The notes: generated by a model from the sequence alone, not told the origin. 42,857 nt of DNA from an uncultured bacterium (GCA_903831815.1 CAIKZC010000009.1:71576-114432); one strand, 5' to 3'; positions 9,398 to 18,976 are shown, counted from the stretch's first letter. Made by a program: numbers and translations.

Positions 9398-10654
9398 TTA
9401 AGAAGTTTTCTGAATTTTCTGAAACAGTGTCGCTTCATCAACAAGTGTCGCTTCATCCTCCGTGCGTAACTTTAACTCAAACTTATTTTCCTTCATTGTC
9501 TTTTCACTAATCACGATTCGATATGGAATACCAATCAAATCCGCATCGGCAAATTTCTCTCCCGCGCGAGTGTCTCTATCATCCCACAATACAGTAATTC
9601 CCTTTTTATTCAAATCTCGATAAAGTTTTTCCGCCGCCGCCGAAACCGCTTCACTGCCCTTCATTTCAATAAGATGTGCTTCGAATGGGGCGACTTCTCG
9701 AGGCCAAACAATACCTTTTGCATCTGACAAAACTTCAACTATAGTGCCCATCACGCGTCCTGGACCAATGCCGTAGCAACCCATTATCACATCGTGTTTT
9801 TCACCTTTATCATCAACGTAAAAAAGTTCTAGTGGTTTAGAAAACTTATTACCAAGATTAAAAATATTTCCGACTTCAACACCTTTCTTTTCAACCAAAG
9901 TTTTTTTATTCAAACCAAGGTCGGCCAAAACTTCCGGAGTTAAAGTTTCCTTATTAACCGCCACCAGCTTTGTTTCATCAACATAAATTATATCTTCACC
10001 GGCATCGCAAATCGTTTGAAATTCTTCGGAATATTTGCTGAAAGTGCCACCAAGCGCAAAAGTCGGATATGTGACCGAACCCAAACCGACTCGATCAAAA
10101 ATGCGAACGTAAGCCGCTTTGGCCAGTTGATAAAATTCATCATGCTCTTTTTGATCTCTTGAAAACGAATACAAATCTTTCATTAGAAATTCGCGTCCGC
10201 GGATGATACCACTCTTGGCTCGCATTTCATTTCGAAATTTCGTTTGAAATTGATAGACGGCTTTTGGCAAGTCGCGATATGACGCCACGAAATTTTTCAT
10301 AATGGTCGTCAGCGGTTCTTCGTGTGTCGGCGCAAGTCCAAGTTCAGAATCATTTTTTAATTTTGTCTTGAACCAAACATCCATTTTGTCATCGTCCCAT
10401 CGATCAGTTTTCTGCCAAAGATTTTTATCCTGCAAAGCAGTCATCGAAATTTCTTGTCCGCCAATTTCGTTCATCTCTTCGCGAATGATTCCGACAATAT
10501 TATTGAGCACTCGCAAACCGAGAGGTAAAAACGAATAAACACCGGCCATTTCTTTGTGAATAAATCCGGCGCGGATGAGCAACTCGGCATTTTTGGAAAC
10601 TTCATCTTTCGGGGCCTCTTTTCGTGTTTTGGTGAATAGTTGTGATTGACGCAT
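9398..10654 (-). CDS. proS: Proline--tRNA ligase, short form without INS editing domain; start moved to MRQSQLF
   Basis: LLIRAGFI, LAPTHEE, KFRNEMR, REFLMKDLYSF, MGCYGIG, GEKFADADLIG. Confidence 0.93.
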   Translation of the reverse strand: MRQSQLFTKTRKEAPKDEVSKNAELLIRAGFIHKEMAGVYSFLPLGLRVLNNIVGIIREEMNEIGGQEISMTALQDKNLWQKTDRWDDDKMDVWFKTKLKNDSELGLAPTHEEPLTTIMKNFVASYRDLPKAVYQFQTKFRNEMRAKSGIIRGREFLMKDLYSFSRDQKEHDEFYQLAKAAYVRIFDRVGLGSVTYPTFALGGTFSKYSEEFQTICDAGEDIIYVDETKLVAVNKETLTPEVLADLGLNKKTLVEKKGVEVGNIFNLGNKFSKPLELFYVDDKGEKHDVIMGCYGIGPGRVMGTIVEVLSDAKGIVWPREVAPFEAHLIEMKGSEAVSAAAEKLYRDLNKKGITVLWDDRDTRAGEKFADADLIGIPYRIVISEKTMKENKFELKLRTEDEATLVDEATLFQKIQKTS

Positions 10655-10819
10655 GTTGGTGTGTTTAATAGCCCAATAATACAGCAAAATATTAAAAATC
10701 ACAAAGAGTAACAATCGGATACTTGACGGCAAACCGGGGACGTGACTATACTACAGAAAGATAAAGTGGCTAATGATTTAGTCACCGAAACGTCAATGGA
10801 TTTACAAGGAGAGGAAATC

Positions 10820-11245
10820 ATGGCACATCCCATCGTTGAGAAGATAAGGGCATCGGCTCATGCAAAAGCCTTTGACAAGCAACTGGAGAAGGAATACCCG
10901 ACCATATTTGAAACCGATGAACTGAAAGTCTTCACTAATCCCCCAACCAAAGACATCTTCATCAGAGACAAGGTGTCGGGCGTGAGCATTCTGATCCGTT
11001 CGCTCGAAGGAGGAGGAATCATCATCGTATCCGACGATGATTTGATCAAGCGCACCGGTGTCGAAGATGCAAGCTGTTTCATCGTCCTGCCTAGACAATC
11101 CAGGCGTCGGAGAATACATATGAACAAACTTCGAGAGGTCTCACCGGTTCCTTCCTTCCGTCAGATACAGACTGAGTTGTCAGCTTGGGTAAACAGCGTG
11201 GCCGCGCGTCGGCCGCGCCGTCAGCGCCGCAGACAATGTAAGTGA
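10820..11245 (+). CDS. Hypothetical protein with Arg-rich C-terminus (stand-alone unit)
   Basis: TTGACG...TATACT promoter, AAGGAGAGG SD before ATG 10820, terminator at about 11275-11312. Confidence 0.6.
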   Translation: MAHPIVEKIRASAHAKAFDKQLEKEYPTIFETDELKVFTNPPTKDIFIRDKVSGVSILIRSLEGGGIIIVSDDDLIKRTGVEDASCFIVLPRQSRRRRIHMNKLREVSPVPSFRQIQTELSAWVNSVAARRPRRQRRRQCK

Positions 11246-11274
11246 CACGATTTTATCCAAGTCACTCACAAACT

Positions 11275-11312
11275 AAAACCGCCTACCACTTCGTGGAGGC
11301 GGTTCGTTTTTT
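11275..11312. terminator. Bidirectional terminator
   Basis: AAAACCGCCT-ACCAC-TTC-GTGG-AGGCGGTT then T-run, between convergent genes. Confidence 0.7.
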
Positions 11313-11345
11313 TATTTTTATTTTTTCTGACCTTTTTCGCCTACC

Positions 11346-12485
11346 CTACCAAAACATTTTGAAGACGTCGTGGAAAGTGATGACGAGCATGAGCAAGATG
11401 AGCAGAGCGAAACCAATCGTGTTAAGAGTGTTAGCGACTTTTGGTTTTATTGGCGAACGTTTTATAGCTTCTATAATAATGAACAAAATTCGTCCACCAT
11501 CGAGCGCCGGAAACGGCAATAGGTTTATAACCGCCAAGTTGATGGAAATAAAGGCCGTGAACGAAAGCAAATAAATAAAGCCTAGATGCGCCGCGTCACC
11601 AACGAGACCAATAATGCCAACTGGACCGGTCACTTGTTTCAGATCAGCTCGGCCAATAAAAATGTTTTTGAAAAATGAGACCAAACCGATTGCTGTTGTT
11701 TTTGTCAGGTCGTAGGTTAAAATCGCGCCTTGATAAAAAGCTTGATGAATTGGTAATCGAAGTGCACCAATAGTATCAAGACCAATACCGAGAGCGGCTT
11801 TGCCCTCGACAACACCAATAATCGGAGTGACAACAATTTCTTTTGTTGTCTGTCCTTCCGAGATTTTGATTGTGATTGGTTGATTATCACTTTGAGCAAT
11901 GAAATCTTGAACATCGGAAGCCTTAAAAGTATTTGAACCGAAAACTGAATCGCGCACATCGCATGTGGTCTGGACGTCGCCAAGATTACATAATTTTGAC
12001 ATCGATACAATAGCATCACCTGTTTTCAAATTAGCCTTGGCGGCCGGAGAACCAGGTAGAACACTTGTAATGACAACTTTTGCATCGTTAAAATGAGCGG
12101 TCGGATACGAGTTAACTGATGCAGGAAGACCTGACATAAAACCAAGAGAGATGAGGAGCCAGGCAAATAAAATATTGAAAGAAACGCCGGCAATCAAAAC
12201 TAGAGTTTGAATCCATTTTGGTTTGTTGACTAGACTGCGAGAGGAATCTGAACCAGTTAGCGACTCCGCGTCGGGGTCTTCGCCAAAAATTTTCACGAAG
12301 CCGCCAAAGGGAATCCAGTTCAGCGAATAAACGGTTTCACCGTATTTCTTGCTGAAAATTTTTGGCGGAAATCCCAAACCAAATTCATCAACTCTAACAC
12401 CAAATAATTTGGCAATAGAAAAATGCCCAAGCTCATGGACAAAAATCAAAACAATGAGCACTACTACGAATATAATTATGGACAT
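11346..12485 (-). CDS. rseP: RIP metalloprotease RseP (M50 family, with PDZ)
   Basis: HELGH, IPFGGFV, PDZ (GSPAAKANLKTGD), NLLPFPALDGG. Confidence 0.93.
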   Translation of the reverse strand: MSIIIFVVVLIVLIFVHELGHFSIAKLFGVRVDEFGLGFPPKIFSKKYGETVYSLNWIPFGGFVKIFGEDPDAESLTGSDSSRSLVNKPKWIQTLVLIAGVSFNILFAWLLISLGFMSGLPASVNSYPTAHFNDAKVVITSVLPGSPAAKANLKTGDAIVSMSKLCNLGDVQTTCDVRDSVFGSNTFKASDVQDFIAQSDNQPITIKISEGQTTKEIVVTPIIGVVEGKAALGIGLDTIGALRLPIHQAFYQGAILTYDLTKTTAIGLVSFFKNIFIGRADLKQVTGPVGIIGLVGDAAHLGFIYLLSFTAFISINLAVINLLPFPALDGGRILFIIIEAIKRSPIKPKVANTLNTIGFALLILLMLVITFHDVFKMFW

Positions 12486-12512
12486 AGAAATGAGATAAAT
12501 TTATGATTAGAA

Positions 12513-13064
12513 CTAGCCGGTGATTTCTTCTTCTTTCTTTTTGCACATCGCTTCGAGAGTTTTGACAGTATCTTGAATAATTTTTTCCATTTCGGTTTTG
12601 AAGCGGAATTTTTCATCTTCACTCATGCCACCTTCTTTTTCTTTGGCTTGAATCGCTTCCCAAGTTTCATCACGATGTTTTCGCAAAGAGATTTTAGCTT
12701 GTTCTAATTTGGTTTTAGCTAATTTAATAAATTCATCACGACGCTCCGTGGTCAACGGCGGAAATGAAACACGAATTCCTCGATCATCAACCGCGACAGA
12801 AACACCTAGGTTGGAAGCAACGAGAACTTTTTCAATTTCTTTTATCTGACTGCTATCCCAAGGTGAAATGCGAATTGTGCGAGGATCTTCGGTCGACATG
12901 TTTCCGACCTGATTCAGAGGCACGAGCGAACCGTATGAATCAACTCGAATAAAATCCAGAAGGCCAATGCTGGCACGACCAGTACGAATTTGAGCATTTT
13001 CTTTCTTTAGCCATTCTTCGACATCTTTAACACTTGTTTTTAACGGGGTGAAATTGTATATCAT
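12513..13064 (-). CDS. frr: Ribosome recycling factor
   Basis: IRTGRAS, IRISPWD, FPPLTTERR. Confidence 0.96.
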   Translation of the reverse strand: MIYNFTPLKTSVKDVEEWLKKENAQIRTGRASIGLLDFIRVDSYGSLVPLNQVGNMSTEDPRTIRISPWDSSQIKEIEKVLVASNLGVSVAVDDRGIRVSFPPLTTERRDEFIKLAKTKLEQAKISLRKHRDETWEAIQAKEKEGGMSEDEKFRFKTEMEKIIQDTVKTLEAMCKKKEEEITG

Positions 13065-13798
13065 CTATTTATTGTAACAGACAAACACAAATGTTCAAGT
13101 AAAAGTTTGATTGACGGCGCGCGATCGTGTAAATATTTTTTGACCATTAAAATTTCCGTGAGCGCGCCGGCGTTTTCTGCCAGCTCGCCTTTACCTTGAG
13201 AATGTAGCGCCGGCGCGAGGGCCTCTTCAAGTGCCGCCACAAAATCGATCGCTTTACCTTTATCTTTTTCTTCAATAATACTTTTGACCAAAGTCAATCG
13301 CTCCGCCACACTCGCAGTCAAAAATTTCTTGACCAAGCTTTTTATTTCTAAACCGCTTTTTTCATTTTTTGAAACATCTCCTCCGTGCAAAACCTCTTCA
13401 CCAGACATATCCACAACCACCAGCCGCGAACGCAATGTCGGTATCAAAACTTGTGTATTAGGCATCACTAGAAAAAAGTGCGCACCTTCTGACGGTTCTT
13501 CAAAAATCTTGAGTAAGGCATTTTGCGCTTCGCTCGTTATAAATCGAGTGGAAATAATAAATATTTTTTTGCCGGCTAGTGCTCGTCTATTGTGCCGCTC
13601 TTGCAAATCCCGTCCATCATCAATCGTAAAAGTTTCAAATTCCTGATATGAAAAATCCGGATTATTTTTTATCGCCACACCAAAATCTTTTTCCAAAAAT
13701 TTAAACAACTCCGGCACGACTGTCATTTTCTCACCCTGAAAAGCATAGGCGTGATGTATCGTCCCAGTATTCTTATAAATGTCTCGCAACAATTTCAT
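13061..13798 (-). CDS. holB: DNA polymerase III delta-prime-like subunit (degenerate)
   Basis: HHAY, NPDF, EAQNALLKIFEEP, LIPTLRSR; no Walker A or Zn motif. Confidence 0.75.
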   Translation of the reverse strand: MKLLRDIYKNTGTIHHAYAFQGEKMTVVPELFKFLEKDFGVAIKNNPDFSYQEFETFTIDDGRDLQERHNRRALAGKKIFIISTRFITSEAQNALLKIFEEPSEGAHFFLVMPNTQVLIPTLRSRLVVVDMSGEEVLHGGDVSKNEKSGLEIKSLVKKFLTASVAERLTLVKSIIEEKDKGKAIDFVAALEEALAPALHSQGKGELAENAGALTEILMVKKYLHDRAPSIKLLLEHLCLSVTINR

Positions 13799-13864
13799 CT
13801 CTTTATAATAATGCGTATTACCGACAGCGTAAAGCTTTTCATATTTCAGATAAATTTTTTACAT

Positions 13865-14062
13865 AAAAAAGAACGCGCGGACCGTTGAATGGGTCTCGCG
13901 CGCGTCAGATTGTCGGCCCCCGTGGACCATTTGCTTGGCAAATCAGGTGTTACCCTGTTTCCAAACAATCATCTATTCCGAACCATAATGCCTCCTGCAT
14001 TCGCCAGTCATATTTTGTCGCGCAGATTGAGTTCCAAAGTTAGAACCCCGATCCGATCAACA
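13865..14062 (-). ncRNA. Candidate structured small RNA
   Basis: TTGACA-16-TATACA promoter (14097-14070), several hairpins, terminator at 13906-13865, only micro-ORFs inside. Confidence 0.4.
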
Positions 14063-14106
14063 CTTAGTGTGTATAGCATATCCACAGAATTTGTCAAGCA
14101 TTTAGC

Positions 14107-14146
14107 AAAAACGCCTGTATTTACGCGCCTAAATACAGGTGTTTTT
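14107..14146 (-). terminator. Terminator after 14176..14565
   Basis: AAAAACGCCTGTATTTA-cgcgcc-TAAATACAGGTGTTTTT. Confidence 0.75.
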
Positions 14147-14175
14147 CGCTTTTATACCACTAATTTTTGTTTAAT

Positions 14176-14565
14176 TTAAAATTCCGGCAACAAGTGCATG
14201 AGACTTCGGGCAAGGGCGGAATAATAGGCAGGTTTTTGAAACCAATCACCTTGCTCGGAATCCAATATCCTACCAACAACATCTTCCGCTGTTAGAGTAC
14301 TTAAAAGCTGATTGTAATTTCGTTCAGCGTGCCTTGAAGTTTGAGAAGAAACCGCTTTAATTATCTCGGCCCCCTTTTGAAAAGCTCGCGTCGAGCGTTC
14401 AAGATCTACACCTTCCGGCAATTTATGTAAAACTATTTTTGCTTTTACTGCTTCGACTATTGGATCTACTTCTAAACCGTCTTCCGGTTTTTGTTCCAAC
14501 TCTCCTATTTTCGGTTTTTCCTCTTTATCATGATTAAACCATTCTCCTCCGAATTTCATTGGCAT
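14176..14565 (-). CDS. Hypothetical protein
   Basis: 129 aa ORF, TATAAT upstream, terminator downstream. Confidence 0.65.
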   Translation of the reverse strand: MPMKFGGEWFNHDKEEKPKIGELEQKPEDGLEVDPIVEAVKAKIVLHKLPEGVDLERSTRAFQKGAEIIKAVSSQTSRHAERNYNQLLSTLTAEDVVGRILDSEQGDWFQKPAYYSALARSLMHLLPEF

Positions 14566-14708
14566 AGTATTTTCATTATATCAAACATATATAAAAATAT
14601 TAAAAATTTAGACCGCGAGACCTCTTTATTGACAAGTTTTAAAAATAATGTAATTTAAAGATAGACTCGGGAATGTCCCGTGGCACAAACAAGAAACGGA
14701 GGCTCAAA

Positions 14709-15059
14709 ATGACGAGCATTTTTGTAACGAGAGACCCTAAGGTGATAACTGATGAGGTTTTGTGTCTCATCCACAAAACTTTGGTGGAAATAGTTGTTCG
14801 GCACTTAAACGGGCTGTATGGCAAATTCATTTCCCCAGACAACCTGGAGGCTCGATTTACGGATTATGGTCCCCTCGACATCAAGAAGTACGATCTGTCG
14901 ATTGTGGTCTGGATGAAAGGCGATCCTAACCACACCAGCTGTATTTACCAACGCACCGCGCTTGTCGCCCGAGAAATTGCGAAATTCACACCGCTCGGAC
15001 AGAAAAGTCTTTACATTAGCGTTCGCTTTTATTCTGGCGATGAGTACAGTACCAGATAA
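14709..15059 (+). CDS. Hypothetical protein, tautomerase/MIF-like paralog of 25910..26494
   Basis: GGAGG SD, TTGACA upstream; colinear similarity by eye to the 25910 protein. Confidence 0.6.
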   Translation: MTSIFVTRDPKVITDEVLCLIHKTLVEIVVRHLNGLYGKFISPDNLEARFTDYGPLDIKKYDLSIVVWMKGDPNHTSCIYQRTALVAREIAKFTPLGQKSLYISVRFYSGDEYSTR

Positions 15060-15101
15060 CTGACGAACCCGCCGCCTCCACACAGGAGCGCAACCGACAC
15101 T

Positions 15102-15131
15102 AAAAAAGCTCGCACCCCTATGCGAGCTTTT
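15102..15131. terminator. Bidirectional terminator
   Basis: AAAAAAGCTCGCA-cccc-TA-TGCGAGCTTTT between convergent genes. Confidence 0.8.
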
Positions 15132-15133
15132 CT

Positions 15134-16147
15134 TTACCTCTTCGCAATAATACTTCTCTTATATGTATCAAGATGTTCGAGAGCGATACCAGTCCCCTTT
15201 GCAACACAATATAAAGCATCTTCAGCAAGCATTGCTTTGACACCAGTACGTCGAAAAACCAATTCTGGAAAATTGCGTAGCATTGAAGTGCCGCCAGTCA
15301 TCATAATACCGTTATCAATAATATCTGAAGCCAGTTCCGGTGGAGTCTCCTGCAAAACATCTTTAATCGCCTTGATCATTTCACGCAACTCCTTGCTGAT
15401 CGCTTTCACCACTTCATTAGTTTTTATTTCCACTGAACGAGGCAAGCCGGTCAGAAAATCTCGGCCTTTGATAATCATAGCCATTTCTTCCTCCACTGGA
15501 ATCGCCGATCCAATATTTACTTTTATGTCCTCTGCTGTCTTGTCGCCAATACCGAGGTTATAAGTTTTTTTAATATAATCAACGATTGCATAATCAACTT
15601 TGTTGCCAGCACATTTCACGGAAGTTGAAAAAACAATTCCACCAAGCGAAATTACAGCCACGTCAGTCGTGCCTCCGCCAATATCGCAAATCATTCGTCC
15701 ACTTGGCTCATGAATCGGAATACCCGCACCAATCGCGGCGAGAATCGGTTCCTTCACAACATACGCGCGTTTGGCTCCCGCTCGAATCGTCGCATCAATC
15801 ACCGCACGTCTTTCCGTCGATGTAACACCGGCCGGCACTGAGACCATCACTTCCGGTTTCCAAATACTCCAACTGCCCAAAGCTTTACTCATATAATAGC
15901 GAAGCATGACTTCGGTTACGCGAGCATCAGCAATCACGCCGTCTTTCATCGGGCGATACGCGATCACACTTTCAGGTGTACGACCGATCATAAGTTTAGC
16001 TTCATTTCCAACAGCGAGCACTCGATTGTCTTGTTCAGAAACAGCCACAACTGAAGGCTCGTTTAGCACGACACCCTTGCCAGGCACAAAAACCAAGGTG
16101 TTGGCCGTGCCTAAATCAATGCCGATTTTTTTGGAAAAAAATGCCAT
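15134..16147 (-). CDS. mreB: Second MreB/Mbl-family actin homolog
   Basis: IGIDLGTANT, PMKDGVIAD, DIGGGTT, MTGGTS, CVAKGTG. Confidence 0.93.
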   Translation of the reverse strand: MAFFSKKIGIDLGTANTLVFVPGKGVVLNEPSVVAVSEQDNRVLAVGNEAKLMIGRTPESVIAYRPMKDGVIADARVTEVMLRYYMSKALGSWSIWKPEVMVSVPAGVTSTERRAVIDATIRAGAKRAYVVKEPILAAIGAGIPIHEPSGRMICDIGGGTTDVAVISLGGIVFSTSVKCAGNKVDYAIVDYIKKTYNLGIGDKTAEDIKVNIGSAIPVEEEMAMIIKGRDFLTGLPRSVEIKTNEVVKAISKELREMIKAIKDVLQETPPELASDIIDNGIMMTGGTSMLRNFPELVFRRTGVKAMLAEDALYCVAKGTGIALEHLDTYKRSIIAKR

Positions 16148-16202
16148 AAAGTCCCCTTATCATAGTGCCTTTCGGCTTATTTTACAAACCCTAATATAAA
16201 AA

Positions 16203-16233
16203 GAAAGGCCAACGCGCATGCGCGTTGGCCTTC
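16203..16233 (-). terminator. Terminator after 16256..16705
   Basis: AAGGCCAACGCGCATGCGCGTTGGCCTT palindrome with an A-run on its left. Confidence 0.75.
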
Positions 16234-16255
16234 ACCATTTCTGACTCCGTCACGA

Positions 16256-16705
16256 TCACTGCTTCGACACCTCAGGTGTCAGCGGCTTCAACGTCGTCCC
16301 CCAATCCGGTTTTGTCCCGGGAGATGTGGTTACTATGAAATCTTCGCCACACACAAAGGTGCCTGTGTTAATCGGATAGTAGCTCCGATATAAGCGAGCA
16401 GGGCCTCCGATCCTGTCTTGTGCGATAAACAGCCACGCGCTGTCCGAATCGTGACCGACACGAGTCACAGCAGTGACGTCATAGACAACTCCCTGACGCA
16501 TCTTGATCATGCCTACAGGAGAACCGAGCGCAAAATAGTATGCCAGAACAATCAACACGAGACTGCAACAGGCCGAGAGGATCAACCCGAACAAAATCCT
16601 GTTTGCGGTAGCATCCCCTCTTCCTTCCCGAGTCCTAAAAATCACAAGCCAGGCGATAAGCAAAGTGACAGCAAACACAATACTCAAAAGAATGCTAGAA
16701 TCCAT
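16256..16705 (-). CDS. Hypothetical membrane protein (2 TM plus small beta domain)
   Basis: GAGGAGG SD before MDSSILL, TTGCAG-17-TATAGT promoter. Confidence 0.65.
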   Translation of the reverse strand: MDSSILLSIVFAVTLLIAWLVIFRTREGRGDATANRILFGLILSACCSLVLIVLAYYFALGSPVGMIKMRQGVVYDVTAVTRVGHDSDSAWLFIAQDRIGGPARLYRSYYPINTGTFVCGEDFIVTTSPGTKPDWGTTLKPLTPEVSKQ

Positions 16706-16832
16706 TTGCGACCTCCTCTTTCTTTGACAAAACAACCGTCAAAATTGCCAGAAACAAAAGTTTCTGTAGCACGTTTCTGCCGAGACTATACAATAATTTC
16801 ACTTAAACTGCAAGCGTGCTGAAAGACGCTTG

Positions 16833-16861
16833 TTTACACTTTATATCACATATGATATGAT
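16833..16861 (+). promoter_or_regulatory. Leaderless promoter with palindromic operator
   Basis: TTTACA-17-TATGAT with extended TG; ATATCA-N4-TGATAT at 16843-16858; ATG 6 nt after the -10. Confidence 0.6.
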
Positions 16862-16867
16862 GGTTTT

Positions 16868-18385
16868 ATGACCGAAAAAAGCAATCTAAAAGAAATCGGT
16901 AGTTTGATCGAATCTTTGCGCGAACAAAGCGGAATGACTCAAGCAGAGTTGGCTGACAAGCTAAATACCAGTCAAAGCGCCGTGGCGCGTATGGAAAAAG
17001 GTGAGCAAAATTTTACCACCGAAATTTTAGCTAAAGTTAGCAACGTCTTACACCACAATATCCTCACTCTTTCCAAAGGCACGATAAATTTTCAAATCGA
17101 AGGTGGCCGAAAACTTTCCGGCGAAGTTAATACTAAAACTTCTAAAAACGCGGCTGTGGCACTACTGTGTGCTTCCCTCTTAAACCGCAACACAACTATT
17201 CTCAAAAACATGCCTCGCATCGAGGAAGTTAGTCGCATTATTGAAGTTATTTCCAGTATCGGCGTCGATGTGCGCTGGGTTGAAAATGATATTCATATCA
17301 CTCCGCCAAAAACTTTGGACATGAGTAAACTTGATATTGAAGCGGCAGTCAAAACGCGCAGTATCATTATGCTCATCGGTCCACTCATTCACCTGATGAA
17401 AGAATTTAAATTGCCACAAGTCGGCGGTTGCAAACTTGGCAGTCGTTCGGTGCGTCCACATTTTTATGCACTCCAAGAACTTGGCGTTAAAATCGAAACT
17501 AAATCCGACCACTATAATATTTCAACCAAAAAATTGAAACCGGGATATATCGTAATGTATGAATCCGGCGACACTGTGACCGAAAATGTTTTGATGGCCG
17601 CCGCACTCATCCCAGGCAAAACTGTCATCAAATTTGCTTCGGCCAATTACATGGTGCAAGACATGTGTTTCTTCCTCGAATCACTCGGCGTCAAAATTGA
17701 AGGTATCGGCACAACTACACTCACCGTGCAAGGAGTCGAGTCGATCGACTTACCTATCACATATTTCCCGAGCGAAGATCCAACCGAATCAATGTTTTTC
17801 CTCGCTGTCGCCGCTACGACAAATTCATCAATTCAAATCAACCGATGCCCGATTGATTTTCTCGAACTTGAACTTCTTAAAATGTCCAAGATGGGATTTA
17901 AGTACAAAATTTTGCGCGAGTACAAAGCCAACAATGCCAAAACTAATTTGGTGGACATTAAAACGTTGCCTTCAAAATTAAAAGCGCTTGAGGAAAAAAT
18001 CCATCCTTCAACATATCCAGGACTCAATATCGATAACTTACCTTTCTTCGCCGTTATCGCCACACAAGCCAAAGGTCAAACATTAATCCACGATTGGATC
18101 TATGAAAAACGTGCAATTTATTATACCGAATTGGATAAATTAGGAGCCGATACGATTCTAGCCGACCAACATCGTCTGTTTGTGAACGGCCCAACACCAC
18201 TTCGTGCGGCGCAAATCGTTTGCCCACCAGCACTCCGCCCTGCCACAATTATTTTGATCGGCATGCTCGCCGCCAAAGGTACTTCCATGCTTCGCAATGT
18301 TTACAGCATCAACCGCGGTTACGAAGATCTCGCAAATCGTCTCAATCTACTTGGCGCCAAAATAAAAACTTTTCAGGAGTTTTAA
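16868..18385 (+). CDS. murA: XRE-HTH--UDP-N-acetylglucosamine 1-carboxyvinyltransferase fusion
   Basis: N-terminal MTQAELADKLNTSQSAVARMEKG HTH; SKNAA, GGCKLGSR (active-site Cys), RGYE. Confidence 0.9.
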   Translation: MTEKSNLKEIGSLIESLREQSGMTQAELADKLNTSQSAVARMEKGEQNFTTEILAKVSNVLHHNILTLSKGTINFQIEGGRKLSGEVNTKTSKNAAVALLCASLLNRNTTILKNMPRIEEVSRIIEVISSIGVDVRWVENDIHITPPKTLDMSKLDIEAAVKTRSIIMLIGPLIHLMKEFKLPQVGGCKLGSRSVRPHFYALQELGVKIETKSDHYNISTKKLKPGYIVMYESGDTVTENVLMAAALIPGKTVIKFASANYMVQDMCFFLESLGVKIEGIGTTTLTVQGVESIDLPITYFPSEDPTESMFFLAVAATTNSSIQINRCPIDFLELELLKMSKMGFKYKILREYKANNAKTNLVDIKTLPSKLKALEEKIHPSTYPGLNIDNLPFFAVIATQAKGQTLIHDWIYEKRAIYYTELDKLGADTILADQHRLFVNGPTPLRAAQIVCPPALRPATIILIGMLAAKGTSMLRNVYSINRGYEDLANRLNLLGAKIKTFQEF

Positions 18386-18391
18386 AAAACA

Positions 18392-18832
18392 TTATTTAAC
18401 CGTCTGCCTTTCAAAACCAAAATTTTTGCGGTCGATTAATTCAATTTTGGTCGGAGTTAATTTATACCAACAATAACCTTCTTTTAAAATATTTACGACC
18501 ATACTTGGCGCAGGTTTGCCTTTTTTTAATAAAAACTTGGTCGATACGACAAGCTGTGGTCCGGATAATTTTTCGGCCACACCTTCGAGCTGAACCGCAA
18601 AATCCAATTCACTTCGATTTTGACTCACTGTAATTGTGCCGGCCACTTTCGGATTTTGGGCAATCGCTTTTGAATGTCTGAAATCAGGACTCGACATCCA
18701 ATAAATATTAAATTTTTCGTCGCTGACATAAATAACATCGGCCACCCACACGCCAGCACCATCAATCGTGCCGAGACTCAAGAGATATCCTTGTTCCAAA
18801 ACTTCTTTAACTCGCGATTTCAAATCAATCAT
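18392..18832 (-). CDS. Pyridoxamine 5'-phosphate oxidase-like FMN-binding protein
   Basis: LSLGT, IYWMSSPDFRHSKAIAQNPKVAGTI, VQLEG. Confidence 0.8.
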   Translation of the reverse strand: MIDLKSRVKEVLEQGYLLSLGTIDGAGVWVADVIYVSDEKFNIYWMSSPDFRHSKAIAQNPKVAGTITVSQNRSELDFAVQLEGVAEKLSGPQLVVSTKFLLKKGKPAPSMVVNILKEGYCWYKLTPTKIELIDRKNFGFERQTVK

Positions 18833-18855
18833 ATATATAGACTAGCACTTTAAAA

Positions 18856-18914
18856 TAAGTTATCCACTAAAGGGATACGCTTAGCGATATTTCATATCGC
18901 TTAAGTTATCCACT
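18856..18914. repeat. 13-bp direct repeat flanking a palindrome
   Basis: TAAGTTATCCACT at 18856 and 18902; GCGATAT-TTC-ATATCGC at 18884-18900. Confidence 0.7.
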
Positions 18915-18976
18915 TCCCATCGTTTAACGTTGCAAATTCAAAGCCTCACAATATAAACCAGAAGGAGACACAGCGG

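Noticed and set aside
10655-10732. N-terminal extension of proS in the ORF track
   Set aside because: Family N-terminus begins at MRQSQLF (10654); the extension runs through the divergent promoter region
13889-14179. 96-aa plus-strand ORF
   Set aside because: Crosses two terminators and runs opposite to the promoter and terminator polarity of the region
5029-18914. Replication origin suggested by DnaA-like boxes
   Set aside because: Boxes are few and scattered, with no dnaA/dnaN or DUE context
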